Source: a virus
Taxonomy: Duplodnaviria > Caudoviricetes
DNA: 35,577 nt
IMG/VR virus record: IMGVR_UViG_3300035135_002526
Location: 1 to 35,577 of that record
Reading direction: 5' to 3' (one strand)
The notes under the pieces were generated by a model that saw nothing but the letters and a program-made list of their open reading frames with translations, was not told the origin of the DNA and did no database searches. Below, one piece after another: positions 34,089 to 35,577 of the stretch. Each line of letters opens with the position of its first letter. Positions within the stretch are counted from its first letter, which is position 1. Position numbers and translations under genes: made by a program.

Positions 34089-35577
34089 GAAACTACATCG
34101 TCGTGTTCTTCTTTCCAGAAGATTTTGTTTTTTGTGTCTGGCCAATCTTTACCTTCTTCCTGAACTTGTTCGACATCAGGCTGACTGGTTTCTTCCCCTT
34201 CCAACTGTGTAGGTACATCATCGACAGTATCAATCTCTTTAGCATCTTCATCCCCCAAATTAGATGTAACTACCTCATCTGTTACATCTTCTATATCGTA
34301 CTCAGGATTTTCTTCTTCGTGCTTTTGTTGTTTATTATTGAAAGCATCAACAGGAATAATAGGTTCTTCTTCAACTGGTTCTGCTTCTTTTGTGTATGAT
34401 GCTACATATTCATCTACGTTTGTTTTATCGTTTTCAGCGGCCTGATTAGCGGCTTCAACCCAATCGTTCCACATCTCTAGATCGTCTTTGCTTTTTTCTT
34501 TAGGTGTTTCGTCGACACTTTCTTGCGGATCATCTTCCTTTTCTTCAACACTTTCCTGCGGTTGCACTCCGTATCCTGGATTTGACATTATTGCCGCGGC
34601 ACGTTGTTTTTCATAAGAATCCCAATCAAATTTTTCTTCTTTTTTCTTGCGATGGTGTTCTAATGTATATTGACTAGCAATCAAAAGTAAGACAGCAAGC
34701 GGATCAAATACAAAGATAATAATTAGTATTACCCAACGCACTGCTTCTTCTAGAACATTAGTATCAGTTTCTCCATAAATAAATTCTGCAATATATTTTA
34801 TAGGACCAACTTCTGCTTCTAGTTTGCGATATTCTGCTTGTAACGTATACTTTTCTTCTGTAAGAACATCAATTTCTGCTTCAGATGTTTTGATACGTGC
34901 TAACTGCTCGTCAATCAAAGCATCAATTTGTTCAGCCTTATCATCTTTAGCCAATTGACTTCTTAAACGTTCTATTAGTTTCTGACTGTTGACAACTTGA
35001 TCTTCTGCACTCTTACGAAGTCTTTGTATTTCATCTCTAGCAGTTTGAATAACTGGTGATTCTGTGGCACGAACTTCGTCAATCTTACCCAACATTACAA
35101 GTTCTCTATCCTTAAGAGCAGGAATTTGTCTTTCTCTAATATCTTTAATTACACCTGCTAATCTATCTCTTTCACCGTCAACAGTAACAGTTGCATCTGC
35201 TCTCAGTTTTGATATGTCACCTTGTATTTGTGATATACGATCTTGCTGGGCTGACACCCATTTCGCAAGAGCTGACCTTGTATTGTTGCCAAACAATCCG
35301 TCACTAGTAACACCTATCATTGCTTGACCTGATTTAATTTGAGCAGGTTCAGTGCTCTGTAACATATTAGTTACACGAATAATTTCTTCTTCAATTTGTT
35401 TGATTTGTTCAAGTAAAGGCTGTACTGCACTTGTATCAGCACTAAGACTTGTTATCTTTTCTTCATAGTCTCTTGCAGTTTCTTCTAATCGTGAAATTTC
35501 TGCTTGTATGTTTGTTAATTGATCTTCGTAAGGTTTGGTTCTATTTGCATCGCCTGCTCTAGCATCTGCAATAATTT
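34028..35577 (-). CDS. Large membrane-anchored coiled-coil protein with peptidoglycan-binding-like motif (5' end lies outside the window)
   Basis: Frame open to the window end; GV..DG.FG.NT..AL motif, EAEVGPIKYIAE...IIFVFDPLAVLLLIA TM region, acidic tail. Confidence 0.8.
   Translation of the reverse strand, partial: IIADARAGDANRTKPYEDQLTNIQAEISRLEETARDYEEKITSLSADTSAVQPLLEQIKQIEEEIIRVTNMLQSTEPAQIKSGQAMIGVTSDGLFGNNTRSALAKWVSAQQDRISQIQGDISKLRADATVTVDGERDRLAGVIKDIRERQIPALKDRELVMLGKIDEVRATESPVIQTARDEIQRLRKSAEDQVVNSQKLIERLRSQLAKDDKAEQIDALIDEQLARIKTSEAEIDVLTEEKYTLQAEYRKLEAEVGPIKYIAEFIYGETDTNVLEEAVRWVILIIIFVFDPLAVLLLIASQYTLEHHRKKKEEKFDWDSYEKQRAAAIMSNPGYGVQPQESVEEKEDDPQESVDETPKEKSKDDLEMWNDWVEAANQAAENDKTNVDEYVASYTKEAEPVEEEPIIPVDAFNNKQQKHEEENPEYDIEDVTDEVVTSNLGDEDAKEIDTVDDVPTQLEGEETSQPDVEQVQEEGKDWPDTKNKIFWKEEHDDVVSKKKTYIMKEGQRQVRKKTK

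Noticed and set aside
5373-35327. Numerous plus-strand ORFs antisense to long genes (e.g. 6316, 14663, 23913, 25166, 28125, 35064)
   Set aside because: They are Ser/Ile/Leu/Phe-rich shadow frames of well supported minus-strand CDSs, without motifs or RBS.
1-35577. Stop-codon reassignment (common in some large phages)
   Set aside because: Known genes are full length in the standard code, TAA, TAG and TGA all end genes, and no suppressor tRNA is present in the window.

Overview
This is a gene-dense, AT-rich fragment of a large T4-like (probably jumbo) tailed phage genome. It is most likely aquatic and, by inference from the hemO-pcyX-type cassette and a ROSE-like element, may infect an alphaproteobacterium. 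Almost all genes are on the minus strand. They are driven by near-consensus sigma70 promoters (TTGACA-N17-TATAAT) and T4-late-like (T)ATAAATA boxes. The window carries many host-takeover genes: IscA, UvsE, QueD, DNA ligase, ClpP, ClpS, Prs, TilS, IF-1, bS21, peroxiredoxin, heme oxygenase plus bilin reductase, Hsp20 and GuaC. It also carries four tRNAs (Cys, Trp, Thr, Gly). The strongest unexplained signal is a complete ribosome-dependent attenuator placed directly in front of the phage tRNA-Trp and tRNA-Cys genes: promoter, 19-aa leader peptide with a Cys-Trp-Cys run, antiterminator and terminator. This suggests tRNA genes that switch on when their own codons are starved. Other cis-elements seen are a ROSE-like thermometer on hsp20, an A_AAA_AAG -1 frameshift site, a pseudoknot-like leader on queD, IHF-like sites at a fixed distance from two promoters, and a TGT-N10-ACA palindrome beside a stand-alone Fis-type HTH gene. 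All calls come from reading the sequence; no database searches were run.
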